From Eledone cirrhosa (lineage: Eukaryota), in contig OZ024751.1 in assembly GCA_964016885.1 (NCBI GenBank), forward strand, positions 26,846,001 through 26,910,000: a DNA stretch of 64,000 bases. The letters are read 5' to 3'. The notes under the pieces were generated by a model. The model was not told the DNA's origin. It was given only the letters and a program-made list of their open reading frames with translations, and searched no databases. Each line of letters opens with the position of its first letter. Positions within the stretch are counted from its first letter, which is position 1. This document shows positions 57,202 through 64,000 of the stretch, in pieces. Made by a program: the position numbers and the translations under genes.

Positions 57202-58171
57202 ATAATGATATATTTGTCATGATTTTAGCAAGCCCAACAGAAACAACACCTACATTTGTGTGTCTGCGTATATTTCTATATACATACATACTACATACAT
57301 ACATACATACATACATACATACATACATACATACATACATACATACATACATAATACTTATATTTACACAATTACATTATACATACATTTATAAAATTAC
57401 ATACACACATACTTACATTTACACAATTATATACATACATATGTACATACATTCATTTCGTCAATTACATATATACATCCCTAGTTATGTGTATATATGA
57501 CATAGAAAGATCGCTAAAGTTAGGTGTTGTTTCTGCCGTGCTGAAAACATTGAAATTATGAAAGCAATCCTGCGTGTCAAAGATGGAATATAAAGAAAAT
57601 ATGATACGTCAAGCAACACGATCTTCCAGTTTCAGTGAAAACATGAAAGACGTTCGTTATTATACTTCTAATTGTTACATTGGTTACACACGTTGTAACT
57701 CTTTAGTCTCTGGCTACAATATTGCACCTAGCACAATACCAGATCGTTTTACTTCACTCAACACACTATTAAGAGATTTATGGCGAGATTTTTCTCAAAA
57801 CTATTGACACTCTTTTCCCTTCAATGTCTTTATCTAATTTGTGCTTCAGTAGCTACACGTCCGTATGTGTGTATGTTGATGTGTTGCTGTGTTTGTATAT
57901 CTACACGTCCGTATGTGTGTATATTGATGTGTTGCTGTGTTTGTATATCTCCACGTCCGTATGTGTGTGTGTTGATGTGTTGCTGTGTTTGTATATCTCC
58001 ACGTCCGTATGTGTGTATATGTGCATGTTTTGGCTTGTGTGTGTGTGTGTGGTTGCACACATGTATAGATATATATTCGAGCGTGTATGTGTGTGTGTGC
58101 ATGCATGTGCTTTTATGTGTGTATGTGTGTGCCTGCACGCATGCATATCTATATATCTGACTATCAGTCTC

Positions 58172-58215
<44 letters not shown>

Positions 58216-58224
58216 GAGAGACTG

Positions 58225-58321
<97 letters not shown>

Positions 58322-59199
58322 TGTATGCACAAACTATATGCATACATATCTGGGGACACACACACACACACACTCGCTGTCACACACACACACTGCTATC
58401 AACAACCTATCCAGAAGACAATTATTAGCATCTGTTGTTTGTATCAACGAAACAAACGCTGATGTAAATATTTCATCTGACCAATGAGAATATAGAGTCG
58501 ACAGTTTCAGCAATCAAACCAGGGAGGGAGACTCTCTCTCTGTTAAACATAGAAGCCATATTTACCTCAAGTGGTACCCTCTTATCATTGGGGTTTATAG
58601 TGTCTGATAAGGGCAAGATAGTCATGGCTGGAACCACTACTAAACAATACTGTTGTGATTCGTTAGCTTGTGGTGATAAATCGTAGTGCTTCAATATTCC
58701 ACAAACACGTGTATCTTTAAAGTAATTCGCCGGTAGATTTAGCGCGACATATCGTGTGATAAAGCTGCCCGTATGAATTACAGGTACAATCCATTGGACG
58801 AGCTTCTAAACAGCTTCCTCTCTATTGAATGTTACACATAAAGATTGTGTTATCATGCAATACCACACACTGAGATCGAACCTGCGACCTTATGAAGTTA
58901 TATTGCATCTATTCAAAGTTAAATTAATAACCTCTTCCACTCCATTAATCGAAAATGAAATAGAAAAATGAACCTAACCTGGTTCACGCCCCCTTTTAAT
59001 GTCACAGTAGCCACTCTTGTAGTTCAGTATTTCTTTAAACTCCTTAAAAAACATGCATTTTAGGACCAAAAGACTTTTAATAGAAATATCAAAATATCCA
59101 TAACTTAGATTCCACAGCCCCTCCCCTTCAATAAATAAATTTAAGGCCAGTAAACGCATTAATCACTATAGTTGCATCAATACCGATATATGCCCTCAC

Positions 59200-59740
59200 C
59201 ACTCTCTTTACCACCATCCCTCACAATGGCGGTCTCTGCGCTTTCCGACACTTGTTGGACTTACGCCCTACTCCTTACCCTAGCATTTCTACCCTTCTCC
59301 GTCTTGTTGAGCTTCTTCTGACCCTCAATGGGTTTTCCTTTTCCAGAGAGTTTTACCAGCAGGTACCTGGGGTAGCCATTGGAACCAGAATGGGCCCGAA
59401 CTGTGCCAACTTCTTTGTTAGCTACGTCGAGGTCCAGATCTTCTCCTAGTACACTGGACCTGCTCCAGAGCTATACGGTTGTTACATTGACGACTGTACC
59501 GGCGCCACCCCTCTCCCGTCAACACCTCAACTGCTTTCTCTCCTTCGTCCAGTTTCTCACCTCCACCACACCCGTTTTCAAATCTTCTGTCCAATTTCTC
59601 GACATCTCTCTCAATCGATCACACTCACCACACCCTCTCAACTTCCATCTTATACAAACCCACCGAATCCCATTCCTACTTCGACTTCCTATCCCCCCAC
59701 CCCACCCACACCAAACTCCCTACACCCTCCTCCCAATACC
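59200..59740 (+). pseudogene. Penelope-like reverse transcriptase core fragment
   Basis: LFTTIPH..LLRLVELLLTLNGFSFSREFYQQVPGVAIGTRMGPNCANFFV..YIDD..VQFLDISL..YKPT; contains stops and frameshifts. Confidence 0.85.
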
Positions 59741-59921
59741 AATATATATATATATATATATATTAGAAAGGGTGTGGTAAAATACCAGTTCGGATCAGGC
59801 TGTCGAAACGGCCGGAGCTCAGCCGTCGGGGTCCATATATATATTGTATAACATTTATATAGATAGATAGATAGATGGATGTACAATACATATATCATAA
59901 ATATAAATATATACATATATT

Positions 59922-59960
<39 letters not shown>

Positions 59961-60875
59961 CTGTTAGAGTGTGTGTGTGAAAGTGTGTGTATACATGTGT
60001 ATATGTGTGAGAGTGTGTAACACCCCACAACCTCTTTTCTTAGTACTGATGATATTTTTGTCCAATTATTTTCTCTGTCGTGGGAACTACTGATGTATTT
60101 TTTAACAAGTCCTCCCCCATTCCACTCACCTCTCACCACACTTCCTAATACAACAGTTCTATAATGTTATCTACCCATAACTCTCTCTCTCCCTCTCTCT
60201 CTCTCTATATATATACATATATATATATATATATACAGTATATATGGGAAGGAGGAGTGTGTTGTGTATATTGAATTGAATTAATAACTTTGCCTCATCT
60301 TTTCTCTACAAAAATAAACTACTCGTATATACGCCACTAGGGGTGGCGAGTCGTTAGAGCGTCGGATAGAAAACTTTGCGGTGTTTCACTTCTTTGAGTT
60401 CAAATTCTGCTCAGATCAACTTTGCCTGTCACCCTTTCAAGGTCGATAAAATAAATAGCAGTCAAGTACTGGAGTCGTTTCTCCCTCTCTATCTCTGTCA
60501 CTCTCTCTATCCTTCTCAGGAGAGGGATCTGTTGTATTCAAGTCTGGAGAGGAAATGAGCTCCGCCAGGTTTTAAAATCTCCATGAAACACCATATATCA
60601 ATACGGCGCTCCTCCCATTCTATCAGGTGTTATGGGATCACACATATAAGCCACCAGAACGGAAAGTAAATGGCTAACACACTACTCGTGAAAATAAGAG
60701 GTCTCGGCTCAATCTCCAGGCAGGCTGAACTCCATTTTGTTCCGTTCTAAAGACTTAAACAGCCTCTTATCATTTTTAGAGTATTTTCTTTGGTAAAAAT
60801 GAAAAAATAAATTCGAAATTACTGATTCAATTGAATTTTCAAATTCTGCGGCCGCTTTCTTATCACGTGATGTTT

Positions 60876-60912
<37 letters not shown>

Positions 60913-60932
60913 CTTATATATAATAAAGTATG

Positions 60933-61450
60933 AATTTATTTTAAAACTTTTTCTCTATTTGCTAGACCTCGATTTTATATGTTCTGGCTTGTTAATTTAT
61001 TAACCGGGCATAGAACCACATTGGCATACGGTGGATAATAATTGTTTCCCTATATGTATTTTTTACACGTAGGAATTATTGATCTCCCCCTAAGGTAGAG
61101 ATAAAATTTTGGCCGTTTGGACTGCTGCTATTTCTAGTAGCAGGACATTGACCTGTCCACCCTGCCTTTTGTCTTTGCTCACGGACCAGATAGAATTATT
61201 TCTTTCATCATCCGCTCTCATTTGGGAATGGTTTTGTATGGCGTCAGTTTGTGATTTGAACTCGGGAATTTTATATTCTCCGAGGCAGAAGAGCCTTCTG
61301 AAGATTGCTCCCTTCTCAATGGAAATCCGCTTGGATTTTCCGTTTATTCTGGAGCATGAAACCGCGGTAAAGGCACATATAGTAAGTAGAGCGAATTTTT
61401 TAAAATTTATTTTAAAACTTTTTCTCTATTTACTAGACCTCGATTTTATA
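60933..61450 (+). mobile_element. Retrozyme-like 471-bp HHR unit with a 47-bp terminal redundancy
   Basis: Direct repeat 60933-60979/61404-61450; HHR 61293-61374 gcctt-CTGAAGA-ttgctcc..ggagcat-GAAA-CCGCGG-TA-aaggc; TA-rich flanks. Confidence 0.8.
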
Positions 61451-62189
61451 CTTATATATATATATTTATATATATATATATATATTTATATGTATTTAGG
61501 AAGAAATTCGTTTTCAAATATAAAAACTGGAGAGGTGTAGGTGAAAGAGTTATATCAGCTCAAATTACGATAATTTATTAAAATAAACTGTACTCAAGGC
61601 TGCACACAATTAAAAATAAAAGTATATGAACCCCTACTGTGCTAGATTATCCACACGTAGAGCGAGTTATCCATTAAAATCTGTTACCAATCACTATTAA
61701 TTATATCATAATTTAATTTACAATTGTTTCATCCTCGTGGGATTCATAGGAATCAACCATTATATAAATAAATACCTCAAGTTCATATTTTAGAACGCAC
61801 AAAAAATCGTAGAAGTTTATTTACAAGCAAACAAACAATCATGCATACATGATGATGACTGAAACTCGACATCAAGTAATGCCATCGCTTGATACTTAAA
61901 CAATGCATCACGGGTGTGGCTTTGTAGTCCTGCTAGGGATTTGCCAGCAATACCATGCACCGCAATCAAATGTCACATATCAAGCGATGCCTGTACTAAA
62001 TCCGATGAAGAAACCACCCGACAGAACGAAAGGAAATGAAAATAAGCAGGAGGAATATGTTGTAAATACACAATAACATTAGGCTTAAAGAGAGAAACAC
62101 AATAACATTGGGCTTAAAGAGAGAAATAGATTTTATGAAACGACCTTTACTACATCTCTCGACTTACATGGTGTAAGGTTAAGTTGTTC

Positions 62190-62943
62190 TATGAACAGAG
62201 TTATCTTGATCACATATATGGCCTTAGTCATCCAAAAGCCGATGTACATAGGCTGTATATCCCAAGGAGAGAAGTTGGAGGGGAGGGAGCTCCGACAACT
62301 GGAAGCTGCATACAAAACAGAAACCATTGGATTAGATAGCTACCTCCACCACACCCGAGATGAACGCTTTATGCCTGTAATCAAGCATGAATGAATTAAG
62401 AAACTACACTCACTAACAACCGAGGTAAAATAGGCAAAAACTGAACATGGAACAAGACATATCCATCTTGTGGGATATGCCTGTGATAACTGACTGATAA
62501 ATCGCTTCCAGCACACCAGATATCATCATAAAAAACAAAACAGATCAGAGATGTAGCCTTATAGATATGTCCATACCAGTTGACAAGAATACATCTATAA
62601 AAGCAATTGAAAAACTGTCAAAATACAAAGACCTGGAAATAGAGATCAACCGGATGTGGAGGAGGACCACAAACACTATCCCTGTGGTAACAGGAGCATA
62701 AGGATTAATACCCAAATCGTCAGACCTGCACCTTAGCGTCCTTCCCTGCAAGATCAGCAAATATGAGCTACAGAAGATCGGGTTACACACATTGTCAGAC
62801 GAGTTCTCTATCTACAATGAAAACCTCTATTGCTCTAGGTTCAAGGCCTGAACCTGACAATAGAGAAACAGAACTGAGCTAAAAGATACAACAACAACAA
62901 CAGCAACAACAGCAACAATAATAATAATAATAATAATAATAAT
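62190..62943 (+). mobile_element. R4/Dong-like non-LTR retrotransposon 3' part (decayed)
   Basis: KADVHRLYIPRRE..RQLEAAYK; PDIIIKNK..CSLIDMSIPVDKN..EKLSKYKDLEIEINRMW..IPVVTGA; (CAA)n/(AAT)n tail. Confidence 0.85.
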
Positions 62944-63244
62944 CCAAGGGTTGAGAATAAGTTGATAACATTTTATTAGTCTTACATACATTTCTACAAA
63001 TGAAATAGAGATGAAAGATAGAGATAGTTCAAAATTCTGTTTCTAGTAAGAAGTTTCTAGTAAACGGAAGTAGATCCATCTACTAGTTATCTGGCTAAAA
63101 CAAAGGTCACCCCCCCCCCCCCTACACTTATTTCATTTGTTTCATAATTTACCCTATAAATCACACCTTGGGGGAATCGCTTCTAGCTGCGGATTGCGGA
63201 AACAAGATTGTATAGCTCATCTTATTATTCTTGTTTATACATAC

Positions 63245-63427
<183 letters not shown>

Positions 63428-63432
63428 TATGC

Positions 63433-63673
<241 letters not shown>

Positions 63674-63719
63674 CATATATATATACATATATATACATAT
63701 ATATATACATATATATATA

Positions 63720-63929
63720 ACGAAGGAAATGTGGTAAGGAACCAGGTGGACCATAACGAACCAAAGTACTCAATACTTAGGGTAGTTGAGTGGGTAATAG
63801 GAACAAGTAAGACCCCGACGGCTGAGCTCAAGCCGTTTCGACGGCTAATTCTGTACTGGCTAATTCTAGTACAGAATTAGCCGTCGAAACGGCTTGAGCT
63901 CAGCCGTCGGGGTCTTACTTGTTCCTATT
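63720..63929. mobile_element. Fold-back repeat in (TA)n; related pieces near 3375-3405, 36015-36120 and 59785-59835
   Basis: 62-bp perfect arms 63796-63857/63868-63929; shared motif gagctcagccgtcggggtc. Confidence 0.7.
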
Positions 63930-63931
63930 GC

Positions 63932-64000
<69 letters not shown>

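Noticed and set aside
61109-61540. 143-aa ORF with ATGGCG as a host exon
   Set aside because: It lies within the 471-bp terminally redundant HHR unit, has no recognisable domain, and runs into a TA repeat

Overview
AT-rich, microsatellite-dense eukaryotic DNA. The SINE families and repeat landscape resemble a cephalopod (Octopus-like) genome, which is an inference. Almost all listed ORFs are microsatellite artefacts. The real content is decayed retroelements (Penelope-like/PLE, RTE, Tx1-like, R4/Dong-like, CRE-like), tRNA-derived SINEs, hAT MITEs, Helitron-like elements and minisatellites. The main signal is a dense population of type I hammerhead ribozyme (HHR) elements inserted into (TA)n tracts. 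These include a 310-bp HHR-containing unit repeated about 7 times with a central head-to-head inversion (12141-14308), three other non-coding greater-than-unit-length HHR elements (439, 433 and 471 bp units), and many short palindromes with the same divergent polarity. This pattern fits retrozyme-like circular RNAs mobilised by PLE machinery. A few weak candidate exons of a minus-strand host gene lie at 29.7-38.7 kb.
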